Positions 39,733-52,235 of a DNA stretch of 64,000 nucleotides are shown here, piece after piece. The DNA lies in assembly GCF_963921235.1 (NCBI RefSeq), contig NC_086108.1:59274001-59338000 (forward strand). Direction: 5' to 3'. The notes under the pieces are model-generated. The model ran no database searches, was not told where the DNA came from, and saw only the letters and a list, made by a program, of their open reading frames with translations. The position numbers and the translations under genes are program-made. Within the stretch, counting starts at the first letter, position 1. Each line of letters starts with the position of its first letter. Source of the DNA: Mobula hypostoma. Taxonomy: Eukaryota.

Positions 39733-42355
39733 AGATCAGAATCAGAATCAAGTTTATTATCACTGGCATGTGATGTGAAATTTGTTAATTTAGCAGCAGC
39801 AGTTCAATGCAATACATAGTAAAGAAGAGAAAAGAAAGTAAAAATAATAAATAAATAAATAAGTAAATAAATAGATTACAGTATGCGTATATTGAAAACG
39901 TGCAATAAACAGAAATATTATATATTTAAAAAAGTGAAGTAGTGTTCAAGGGTTCAATGTCCATTTAGGAATTGAATAGCAGAAGGGAAGAAACTGTTCC
40001 TGAATCACTGAGTGTGTGTCTTCAAGCTTCTATACCTCCTACCTGATGGTAACAGTGAAAAAAGGGCAGACCTTGGGTGCTGGAGGTCCTTAATAATGGA
40101 TACTGCCTTACTGAGACACTGTTCCCTGAAGATGTCCTGGGGACTTTGTAGGCTAGTGTCCAAGATGAAGCTGACTAGATTTCCAAACCTCTGCAGCTTC
40201 TATCGGTCCTGTGCAGTAGCCTCCGCGCACCCCCCCCCCGACCCCCATACGAGACAGTGATGCAGCCTGTCTGAATGCTCTCCACGGTACATCTCTTCAA
40301 ACTCCTAATGAAGTATAGCTACTGTCTTGCCTTCTTTACAACTACATCGATATGTTGGGACCAGGTTAGACCCTCAGAGATCTTGACACCTAGGAAATTG
40401 AAGCTGCTTACTCTCTCCATTTCTGATCCCTCTATGAGGATTAGCATGTGTTCCTTCGTCTTACCCTTCCTGAAGTCCACAATCAGCTCTTTCATCATAC
40501 TGACATCGAGTGCCAGGTTGTTGCTGCAGCACCACTCCACTAGTTGGCATATCTCACTCCTGTACACCCTCTCATCACCACCTGAGGTTCTACCAACAGT
40601 GGTCGTATCATCAGCAAATATATAGATGGTACTTGTGCTATCCTAGCCACACAGTCATATGTATAGAGAGAGTAGAGCTGTGGGCTAAGCACACACCCCT
40701 GAGGTGCACCAGTGTTGATCGTCAGTGAGGAGGAGATGTTATCACCAATACACACAGATTGTGGTTTTCCAGTTAGGAAGTTGAGGATCCAATTGCAGAG
40801 GGAGGTACAGATGCCCAGGTTCTGCAACTTCTCAATCAGGACTGTGGGAATGATAGTATTAAATGCTGAGTTATAGTTGATGAACAGCATCCTGACGTAG
40901 GTGTTTGTGTTGTCCAGGTGGTCTAAAGCCGTGTGGAGAGCCATTGAGATTGCATCTGCCATTGACCTATTGTGGCGATAGGAAAATTGCAATGGGTCCA
41001 GGTCCCTGCTGCGGCAGGAGTTTAGTCTAGTCATGACCAACCTCTCAAAGCATTTCATCACTGTCAATGTGAGTGCTACCAGGTGATAGTCATTAAGGCA
41101 GCTCACATTATTCTTCTTAGGCCCTGGTATAATTGTTGCCTTTTTGAAGCAAGTGGGAACTTCCGCCCATAGCAATGAGAAATTGAAACTGCCCTTGAAT
41201 ACACCCACTAGTTGGTTGGCACAGGTTTTCAAAGCCTTACCAGATACTCTATCGGGACCTTTCGCCTTGCGAGGTTTCACTCTCTTTAAAGACAGCCTAA
41301 CATCGGCTTCTGAGACATAGATCACAGGGTCATCAGGTGTAGCAGGGATCTTCACAGCTGTAGTTATATTCTCCCTTTCAAAGCGGGCATAGAAGGCATT
41401 GAGTTCATCTGGTAGTGAAGCATCGCTGCCATTCATGCTATTGGGTTTCGCTTTGTAAAAAGCAATGTCTTGCAAACCCTGCCAGAGTTGCCATGCATCT
41501 GATGTCACCTCCAACCTCATTCGAAATTGTCTCTTTGCCCTTGAAATAGCCCTCTGCAAATCATACCTGGTTTTCTGGTACAGGCCTGGGTCGTCAGACT
41601 TGAATGTCACAGATCTAGTCTTCAGCGGACGACGTGCCTCCTGGTTCATCCATGACTTTTGGTTTGGGAATGTACAGTAAGTCTTTGTAGGTACACACTC
41701 ATCCACATAGGTTTTAATGAAGTCGGTAACAACTGCAGCATACTCATCCAGGTTCAAAGATGAATCCTTGTATACAGACGAGTCCACCGATTCAAAGCAG
41801 TCCTGTCGGCACTCCTGTCCTTCCCTTGTCCAAACCTTCTTGGTCCTCACTACTGGTGCTGCAGTCTTCATTCTCTGCCTATATTCAGGGAGTAGAAATA
41901 CATCCTTCCTAAAGTGAGGGCGTGGAATAGCACGGTTGTTGATGGTGGTGTAGCAATGCTAGTGTGTTGTTTCCTCTGGTATTGCAAGTGATCTGTTGAT
42001 GGTAATTGCTTAGTGATTTTTTCAGACTGACCTGGTCAAAATCTCATAAAATGATGGTGAAGGCATTAGGCTGTGCTGTTCCGTGCATGTTGATCCCATT
42101 ACTCAGATCGTCTAAAGCCTGCTTGACTTTGGCCTGAGGTAGAATGTATACTGCTACCAAAATGACCCTGGAGAACTCTGGTGGTAGGTAAAAGGTATGG
42201 CACTTAACTGCTAGATGTTCCAGGTCTGGTGAGCAGAATTGGGACAGCACTGATATATTAGTACACCAAGAAGAGTTGATCATGAGGCATACTCATCCAC
42301 CTCTGCTTTTGATAGACTCTATAGATCTATCCTGAAGGTGTATAGTAAACGTGTC
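39733..42355 (-). mobile_element. Rex1/Babar LINE, long decayed copy
   Basis: Endonuclease-like piece (42044-42283, VAVYILPQA), RT ORF 40540-41871, and an (ATCAGA)n tail at the left end. Confidence 0.9.
40540..41871 (-). pseudogene. Rex1/Babar RT ORF fragment (443 aa)
   Basis: [39 protein letters not shown] and GAPQGCVLSP; frameshift just before the catalytic ADD. Confidence 0.85.
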
Positions 42356-45300
42356 GATGTAGAGTTTGGGCACAGCACATGAGATTCCTTTTCTGCTGGC
42401 AACTGTCGTCATCAGGAGCTTGATGTTGAAGAGGGATTGTTGCTTCTGGTTACTAGGTTGAACATGGCTGTGTCCTTATTAGAATCTAATAAGAATGAGG
42501 TTGTGGTATAATCTTTGTTTTTACTTTTCAGCCATTTGATTCTTATTTGGAGAAGAAAGAGAACCATGGATTTACAATCTTGTAAGTAAATGTGTTGTGA
42601 ATAACATTGCCCTTCCTTCTATGAAGAATTTTCTCAATGACATTAACTAATTATCTGGTCCACAATAGAGCATAGTTCTGTGCATTCATCTCATGTTTTT
42701 AACACTAAGGGGGTCATACTTTCCTCATGGTCATTTTGTTTCCTTAATGTTGTTGTGTTTTAATGTTCATGAACCATATTTCCAGGAGAACGTGATGACT
42801 GCTTTCCTTCAGGTTTACTCTTCTGTGGAATTCAAGTCAAGCTTTGTCAAAATTGCTGAGGATTTTGTAGTAATGTTTTTCACTCCAATACCGAAGTTGA
42901 ATAGTGCTAATTCCACTTCAAGAAAATTTTCAAACTGAGATTAACTATTAGTAAGCATGTGAAACATTATGTACTGCTTTCAGTCCAGTTAATTTAATTT
43001 TTATTTCTCTGTACTCAAATCTTTACGGTATATTGAATACAGTCTCAGCACTGCCAAAACACAGATGGTTTATTCCTTCTTCTTGTTTCTCAACCGTATG
43101 TGGCTATCAATGTAAAAGATGATTTCAAAGAGATTTTCAACCACTAAATTAATAAATCTTCAACTAGGGATACACTTACAATTGTTGCCCTATTTGCAAG
43201 TTATGAAGATTTAATGTAATATATTCTGATTTGGTCACTACAAATCAGATCTGGGTTGTATTCTTCCTTTGTCACTGAAACCACTAAGATATACTGTTTG
43301 GTTTAGATAATTTGCTGAATTGAACTCCCTGGTCATAGACTGACTTCTGTCTTACTTACCTCACTTGTCATTCCAAAGAGATCATAGAGTACAGTCTATC
43401 CCCTGTGGAAGATTTGTAATTTCAACCTGAAATTTAGAATCCAGTAACAGGTTTTAATAAGCATATAAATGAATTCATGCTTCTTGTTTTCTTATAGAAA
43501 GCAATAAATTCCAATTTAATGGTGACATTCCTTCTGCTTTTTCAAAAAGTCCTCGGAAACACCTGGATATAGTAATTTCCCGGTTTACATATGCTTACTA
43601 GACCTGTCAATTGCCAGAAGAAATGCTTGTCCTCTGGTGCATAAAGGGAATTAAGCTCCTTTTTACTTTATCCTGTAGCAAGTGTTACTCAGTCCTCAGA
43701 ACTCAATACTCCAAATATACAGATAAATCAGGCGCTTGCAAAGGCAACAGAACAATTGTACAATTCCCGCAGTGAATTTGAGTGGTTGTTATTCACCAAC
43801 AGAAGGCACTGAATTTAATTGGTTCATATTCAGAAATCAGGATTATTCCCAAAGTCATTACTTGAGGGATATTAACATCTTATCCTGTGTTTTTTTTTTC
43901 ATTTTGATTAACTGGACCTGTCCAGTGACTGCTGTGAAAAGGCAGCTGACAACAAGGTAAAGACCTTGTGACAGCATGGAAAGGCGGCTGACAGGAGGGA
44001 ATAGACCCCAATGGGACTGTCGTGGGCTTGCTACACATGGCGGCAGCCCTCAACGCTGTTTCAGCATGTTGGAGACACCCGTTAATGGCTATGAAAAGGC
44101 AACAAAGGAAGGTGTTCCTAGAGCCTGCAAGAGTGGCTCAATGACTGATAACATGGCGACAGACCTAGGAACAGAATCTACCATGAATAAAGAGAGCACT
44201 GCACGAGACCACCAAAACACCAGCAGCAGTAGCGGGACACAAGCGTCAAGTGGAAGAAAGTAACATCAGAAAAGGGTTGAAGATCCATCAAGGGAGGACA
44301 GCGTACTTGAGGGAGCAGAGACAGGGGCCTCACATTGACCAATACTTCTTGCAAAGTCAGTCAACTGAGTTGAGTGAAGTGCAGCAACCGGACACAAACC
44401 TAAGTTTGCAGAGCATCAGCATCCCTGTCACTGAGGAAGTTAGCACAGAATTCCCAGCTGAGGGACCCACCCAACCACCAACACCTCTTAAAGAGAGGAA
44501 AATCAAAGGGCGTAGACAGCTCATGCAGAGTCCCAAAACTGCTGATAAGAGAAAATAGGAAACCATCAACAACTACTTGATGAAAAATTTGGAGCAATTA
44601 AAAGGAACAGCAGAAAAGAAGTTGGATGCAAATGGGAGACATCATCTACTGCTGGATGGTCAGATGGTCTGCATCCCAGAGTGCTTAAGAAAGTAGCCCA
44701 AGAAATAGTGGATGCATTAGTGATAATTTTTCAAAACTCTTTAGATTCTGGACTAGTTCCTGAGGATTGGAGGGTAGCTAATGTAACCCCACTTTTTAAA
44801 AAAGGAGGGAGAGTGAAACAGGGGAATTATAGACCGGTAAGCCTGACATCGGTGGTGGGGAAAATGTTAGAGTCAGTTATCAAAGATGTGATAACAGCAC
44901 ATTTGGAAAGCGGTGAAATGATCGGACAAAGTCAGCATGGATTTGTGAAAGGAAAATCATGTCTGACGAACCTCATAGAATTTTTTGAGGATGTAACTAG
45001 TAGAATGGATAGGGGAGAACCAGTGGATGTGGTATATTTGGATTTTCAAAAGGCTTTTGACAAGGTCCCACACAGGAGATTAGTGTGCAAACTTAAAGCA
45101 CACGGTATTGGGGGTATGGTATTGATGTGGATAGAAAATTGGTTGGCAGACAGGAAGCAAAGAATGGGAATAAACGGGACCTTTTCAGAATGGCATGCAG
45201 TGACTAGTGGGGTACCGCAAGGCTCAGGGCTGGGACCCCAGTTGTTTACAATATATATTAGTGACTTAGACGAGGGAATTAAATGCAGCATCTCCAAGTT

Positions 45301-45481
45301 TGTGGATGACACGAAGCTGGGTGGCAGTGTTAGCTGTGAGAAGGATGCTAAGAGGATGCAGGGTGAATTGGATAGGTTAGGTAAGTGGACAAATTCATGG
45401 CAGATGCAATTTAATGTGGATAAATGTGAGGTTATCCACTTTGGTGGCAAGAACAGGAAAACAGGTTTTTATCTGAATGGT

Positions 45482-45934
45482 CACACGAGGAATTCTGCAG
45501 ATGCTGGAAATTCAAGCAACGCACATCAAAGTTGCTGGTGAACGCAGCAGGCCAGGCAGCATCTCTAGGAAGAGGAACAGTTGACATTTCAGGCTGAGAC
45601 CCTTCGTCAGGACTAACTGAAGAAAGAGCTAGTAAGAGATTTAAAAGTGGGAGGGGGAGGGGGATCTCCAAAATGATAGAAGAAGACAGGAGGGGGAGGG
45701 ATGAAGCCAAGAGTTGGACAGGTGATTGGCAAAAGAGGTATGAGAGGATCATGGGACAGGAGGCCCAGGGAGAATGAAAAGGGGGAAGGGGGGAAGCCCA
45801 GAGGATGGGCACCCCTCTGACTATACCCCTTGCCCATCCTTTCTTCAGTTAGTCCTGACGAAGGGTCTCGGCCTGAAACGTCGACTGTACCTCTTCCTAG
45901 AGATGCTGCCTGGCCTGCTGCGTTCACCAGCAAA
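45482..45934. mobile_element. Fold-back PLE-derived insertion nested in CR1
   Basis: TSD TTATCTGAATGGT at 45469-45481 and 45935-45947; inverted arms at ~45532-45626 and 45840-45933. Confidence 0.92.
45851..45886 (+). ncRNA. Minimal type I hammerhead ribozyme motif
   Basis: AGUC CUGACGA AGGGUCUCGGCCU GAAA CGUC GACU. The mirror copy on the minus strand (~45579-45614) has CpG-type mutations (GAAAUGUC AACU). Confidence 0.8.
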
Positions 45935-48900
45935 TTATCTGAATGGTGGCCGATTAGGAAAAGTGGAGGTGCAATGAGACCTGGGTGTCATTGTACACCA
46001 GTCATTGAAAGTGGGCATGCAGGTACAGCAGGCAGTGAAAAAGGTGAATGGTATGCTGGCATTCATAGCAAAAGGATTCGAGTACGTGAGCAGGGTGGTA
46101 CAGTACTACTGCATTTGTACAAGGACTTGGTGAGACCACACCTAGAATATTGTGTGCAATTTTGGTCCCCTAATCTGAGGAAAGACATTCTTGCCATAGA
46201 GGGAGTATAAAGAAGGTTCACCAGATTGATTCCTGGGATGGCAGGACTTTCATATGATGAAAAACTGGATTGACTAAGCTTATACCCTCTGGAATTTAGA
46301 AGATTGAGGGGGGATCTGATTGAAACATATAAAATTCTAAAGGGATTGGACAGGCTAGATGCAGGAAGATTGTTCCCAATGTTGGGGAAGTCCAGAATGA
46401 GGGGTCACAGTTTGAGGATAAAGGGGAAGCCTTTTAGGATCGAGATGAGGAAAAACTTCTTCACACAGAGAGTGGTGAATCTGTGGAATTCTCTGCCACA
46501 GGAAACAGTTGAGGCCAGTTCATTGGCTATATTTAAGAGGGAGTTAGATATGGCCCTTGTGACTAAAGGGATCGGGGGTATGGAGAGAAAGCAGGTACAG
46601 GGTTCTGAGTTGGATGATCAGCCATGATCATACTGAATGGCGGTGCAGGCTCGAAGGGCCGAATGGCCTACTCCTGCACCTATGTTCTATGTTTCTATGA
46701 TTCTATGCTATAGGGAAGTGCAGTAGGAGTCAGTACAAGGAAGAGTGGAAAGACATCAGTACCAAAATAAAGTCAAGGAGTTATCAGGAAATTAAGTGAC
46801 TGGTTCGAGAATGGAGACAGATAAGGAAACAGTGGAAGAAAGCCCCAGATAGTGAGAGGGAAGGCCTCAAGCAACTTCAAGCAGACATCAAGAGCCGGCT
46901 GACAAAGTTGTGAACAGTTAAGAACCAAAAGAATCTGCGCAGAAAGAAAGAACAAGCAAGAACACAGTTCTACAGATATCCTTTTAATTTCATTAAAGGA
47001 GTCTTCACACCAGAAAAAAGTGGAACCTTGAAAACAGCAAAGCTGGAACAAGAAGAGCACCTGGAAAAGATTCACAATGACTTGAGAAGGCAGGAACATA
47101 TGATCCTTCCTTCCGACATCTCGCCAATTCAGCTCCCCCACCCACCACCTGGATTTTGATCCTCCAAAATGGAGAGAAATGGAGAAGGCAGTCCGATGGC
47201 AAAAGCAGCATCTGCTCAGAGACCTAATGGGGGTACCATATAGGCCTTATAACAACGCACTGGATGTCTTGTTGTTTCTCTGGAGGCTCATGAGGATAGT
47301 GCGGCAGAGGTGAATAACACTCAAAATGTGGCAAAGGGCTGGTGGTGTCCTGATTCCAGAAGAAAAGGATGCAGAAAACGTCAGTCAGTTTTGACTATTC
47401 TGCCTTCTGAACATCAAGGGGAAAATCTTCTTTACTGTAATAGCACAGAGGCTGGCCAGCTACCTGGAGAGAAACAAATACTTTGATACATCTGTATAGA
47501 AAGCTGGAATTCCAGGGTTTTCCGGGTGTTTGGAACATACAAGCATGATATGGCACCAGATCCAAGCAGCTAGGAAGGACAAAAGAAATCTCTGTGTGAT
47601 CTTCCTGGACTTCGCCAATGCATTCGGCTCTATTCCCCATGCACTCTTCTGGGAAGCATTTGACTTCTTCCAGGTAGCAGAGTCTATCACAATGCTGGTA
47701 AAGTTGTACTTTCAAGACCGGCAATTGTGCTCCACAACAGCAGCAGATTTTACCACAACATGGCAGAGACTGGAAGAAGGCATTTTGGCAGGTTGCACTG
47801 TATCACCCCCGGCCTTCACAATGGCCATGGAGATCATCATCAGGGCTTCAAGATGGATGGTAGATGGTGAAAGATCAAGTGCTGGACTTCATCTTCCCCC
47901 TATTAGATCGTGTATGGAAGATTTAACAACATTAACCACTACTGCAGCATGCACCAAGAAACTACTTGGAAAGTTGCAGGAAAACATCAAGTGGGCCAGA
48001 ATGAAAATCAAACCCAGCAAGTCACGAAGCATCTCCATAGTCAAGGGAATGCTGAAAGACATTAAGTTCTTCCTCGGTGATGACGCCGGCCAGACTCGGT
48101 TCTCTGGTCCAATTCATTACAGAGCGTCTACATCATAGAACTCACAGACCTGTGGGAGGATTCAGAGGCTGAAGCATATGAGCGCAAGAGGCTACGCTTT
48201 AGATCTAGCAGCTGAAGCTCCGCGACAGGGCTGGAAAACCAAAGCTGGTCCTGTGGAAGTTGCTTGTAGGGGATTTATAGCCACATTCACCATCAACTTG
48301 CTGAAGGAGCTAGGGATCTATAGTCAGACTCTCCAGCAAACTACCAGAGCCACATCAGAGCTGCAGAAAGAAGCCTTGGATCAAGCGAAAAGATCTCGCC
48401 TGGGCTCTTTTTCATCCCACATCAAATTTAGGCTCAATTCTTTTCTGTCGTAAAATTACATCAGATGTGAATTCTTCAGTGCCTTAGGAAGGTGCTTAAA
48501 TTGGGAAACGGAGAAAATAAGTTTGGCTGAAGAACATGGCTAGAGGGTTGAAAGCAGCTTGGGTAGAAAAAGGACAAGTGGTAGGAAAAAGGCAGGAAAT
48601 AGAGCTGGAGGAAACATGGATGTGCTGGGGTCAGGACTATTAGAATCAGCAATACATTTAGATTAGCTGTTGGGAATTGGGCATGCAGTTTGACCACAGT
48701 CCAAAGCAGGCAGCAGGATTAAGATACTAGCAGTGTTAGGGTGGTATGGTAAAGGCAGCAGGGTTATATATTAAGCATAACCTTTAAGGAAGATCCACCC
48801 CTACTTGACACAGGACAACTTGGACACAAATCAGCATACGCTGGTTCCCTCTAACACCTCAACTCTTTAGTTAAGATATGCTTCTGTATAAATCAGCAGT

Positions 48901-51900
48901 GCCAGTTGCAGACTTGAGATGAGAGCATGAATTTTCTCTAAGTATTGTGCATTACATCTTAAGTCATTGTCCATGCCCAGCAGCCCAAGCCTGGAATGAT
49001 GTCCCTAAGTCATTTAAAATCAATAAAAATAGATATCAATGATTAACAAAAAAATTACAAAAATATCAACATTTTATAATTTATTTAAAATACCTTAAAT
49101 TATTTGAGCATAAAGGTGACAAAAATAGATGCAGTAGAATAAAGGGAAAAAAAACAAATCATGCTTTTAGTTGAGGCTAATGATCTCATTGAAATGAATG
49201 GGACCATATAACTTCACTGGTGTAAAACTGAGGGGTCAGATTCAATATTCATCCAGGCCCTCAATTCAGGATGTTTGCATTTCACTGCCAGGCTTGGTGG
49301 TGAAGTAGGAAATGTGCTGAGACTATCAACACAGGTGCACCTCAAGGCTGCGTGCTTGGTCCCTTACTCTCATCTCTATACACACATTATTGTGTGGCTA
49401 GGCATGCCTCCAATACCATCTTCAAATTTTATGATAACACTACTATTGTTGGACAAGTCACAGTTGGTAATGCTACTCATACATTAAAAACTATCATGTC
49501 TTTCATGTGCAGAATAAAGATTAATATGTCATCAATATGTATTAATATCAAATCATCAAACACAGAGCTGTTAACTGGCAGATATTGAAAAAAATGGATT
49601 AAGTTAGTGCCTTGCAAACAGAGTTCGTGGTCAGGATCGATGACAAGGGCTTTGGTGTTCCCAATACTTAATTGGAAGAATTTTCTGTTCACTGTACGTT
49701 AAAAAACCAAGATGTCAATTTAGAGACGGTGGAGGGAGGCACCAAATTTCTGGTGGTAGTTAGATTGAGAAATCTTTTATATGCACTTGGAAGCTAACAT
49801 TGCACTTACATGATAAAGTCAGATGATACCAAATAGAATAGCAATACGAACATGTCCTTGAGGTTAACATGCAGGTTTAGAAAGAGAAAACACTGATGGA
49901 TGCTCTGACTAAACTTAGAAGTATACATGTAGTCAGGCAAAAGCTGTTTTAGCCAATTGATTAATAAAGAAATGCGGATGAATGAAATTGTTGTTCACCA
50001 TACCAAAGTTTAAAGTCTAATTAAGCATGAGGAAGAGAGTTTATCATAATAAATCACGTGGAATGCTGGTGATGACAGAGTTCTGCTGGACTAACAACAT
50101 TGAGTTGTAAGTTCAAAATAGGCTGACAGAAATTTTATGACTGGTTTTGACACTGTGAGTATAATGTCTACATCTGTGTCACAAATTTTCTTTGATTATA
50201 ATTCTATGGCATGGGCATAAATCTGATGGCAGAAAACAAATATCGAGTTGAAGATGAGAAATGAATTTGGTGGTGACAGCACACTTGAGGACACGAGGAA
50301 ATTGTATCACAAGTAAAACCATTAGCATTTAAGATTTTACAGAAAATTTAGATTGTAAAAAATCATTCAGAAAATAATAGCACTGAAATATTATGAATTA
50401 AAATGTCAAAAGATACACTGAAGACTAAAGTCTTATTCAGGTATTCAAAATGTTTCTTTATTTCAGGAGTTACTTTCTTTGTCATCGGATTTTTGTATTC
50501 GGTGTCAATTTTTTCAGCTTCTTTGAATTCCATGAATTGGAAATGGTCAACTAAAAGATAAAATATTTACAATGCTATTCAATAAAAAGGGGCAAAACAT
50601 TTTATGATCATGATCTGAAAGGTATAGAACATACGTTAAACTTTCATTACATTATCTGCAGAATATTATGTAATTGTTTTAATATTTGATATCTTCTGCA
50701 ATTGTGTAGAATGGGCAATCTAAACATCCGGGTATAATTCTGTACCTAAGCAGGCACTCTAGGAATCCAAAATGTTAAATGCAAAATTGTATCCATTATC
50801 CCAATTGGTGAAGGCATCTTAAAAAACTATACCTACAGCAACAGAGTTAACACAATGCATCAAATGTGTGGTAGAAAAAAATAACAGGTCATCTGCTGGT
50901 GTATAAGCATCACATATCCTACCAGGAGTGCATCAGGAGGTTAATTTTATACTCGAGGCATTGCTTCATTGTTGATCTGTGCTGAGTTTTACTGGAAAGT
51001 GTTACTCTGTAGACTCAAATTTGGTTGGGAATGATCAAGTCCAAGGGAGACAGGGTTTCTATCCTCATTCCAGCTGGATTGAAACCTAAATCCCTGAAAG
51101 CAGCACCAATCCAGTATGCCAAATTGAAATTAGTCATAATGGAAACAAATATATGGTTACGTATCACAGAGCTTTAAATTGTCGCGGGATAAACATTCAC
51201 AAATAAGGCTTACTTTGCCATAAAAATGATTGCAATCGATTGATGCACATTGCATCCCACAGCAACAGAAAGGTTTTAATTCAAAGGACTGAGGCTGTAG
51301 CTCTACATTAAAGGATCAGTATACTCTATTAAAATTCAGGACATTTTCTTGTCCTGATATCTTTTGGACCCCCTTGAACTTTGAAACAACAGGCAAATCA
51401 GGGCTGTACTGTATACTTCAAACTATTGCATAGTAGGTTTCAGAGCTATACTGATGTACACAGATCAAAGGCTAGCAACATGAGATTACCACAAGGAAGT
51501 GCTCTCATATCATTTCAATATTGTACCAACTCCAGCACATAATCACTAAAGGCACATGTGACTTTAACTGGTTGTAGGAGGTATAACAGATTGTAGAAAG
51601 CCTTTGAACTATGTCTTTAATCATTTTAATATTATCAAAACACCAACTGCAGTTTCAGCATTATGCTAAAATTGAATCAGCTTTTGAAGACACTTAAGAA
51701 CAAATGCTTACATGCAGATTAATAACAGCTTTCTCCATCTCTAATGCTGTATTCTGTACCATCAGCACTGTAATTCAGTTCTGCTGAATCCACAGCTGAA
51801 AGCAGGTAGCATCCTCAAATTAGGATGAATGGCATTACAATACTCATAATTTTCTGCTATATTGACAAATGCAAACATCTAATTCTTGTTTGGAGGGGTA

Positions 51901-51994
51901 CTGTGGCATGAGTGGAGAAGGAATAGATGGTATCAGCACAAGAGATTCTGTAGGTGTTGCAAATTTTGAGCAAAACACACAAAATGCTGTTACT

Positions 51995-52235
51995 TTCCTA
52001 ATGCCACAATAGGTCTACAGTAAGTGTGATCTCACTGGCTCTCCACTTGGCCTTCATCCACCTGGACAACAGCAATATCTATGTCAGGCGTCTGTTTATT
52101 GATTACAGCTCAGTGTTCAACACCATCATCCACTCAATACTAATCAACAAGCTTCAAAACATGGGCCTTCCTTTGCAACTCTGTTCTTGATTCAGATCAA
52201 AGCCAGAACAAATCGGAAATAATATCTTCTCTTTG
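51995..52235 (+). mobile_element. Rex1 RT fragment
   Basis: gccacaataggtctacag...ctgtttattgattacagctcagtgttcaacaccatc (HNRST...LFIDYSSVFNTII). Confidence 0.7.

Larger units (their letters stand above)
44660..46707 (+). mobile_element. 5'-truncated CR1 of the same young family as 1-2250, nested in HERO
   Basis: Near-identical to 672-2250 by eye; (TTTCTATG)n tail; interrupted at 45482-45934. Confidence 0.93.
43960..48400 (+). mobile_element. HERO-type (R2-group, restriction-like endonuclease) LINE, decayed, split by a nested CR1
   Basis: N-terminal zinc-finger remnant KGLKIHQGR (~44270); RT EHTSMIWHQIQAARKDKRNLCVIFLDFANAFGSIPH and GILAGCTVSP; RLE remnant IELT..WE...AYERK...PVEVACRGF. Confidence 0.8.
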
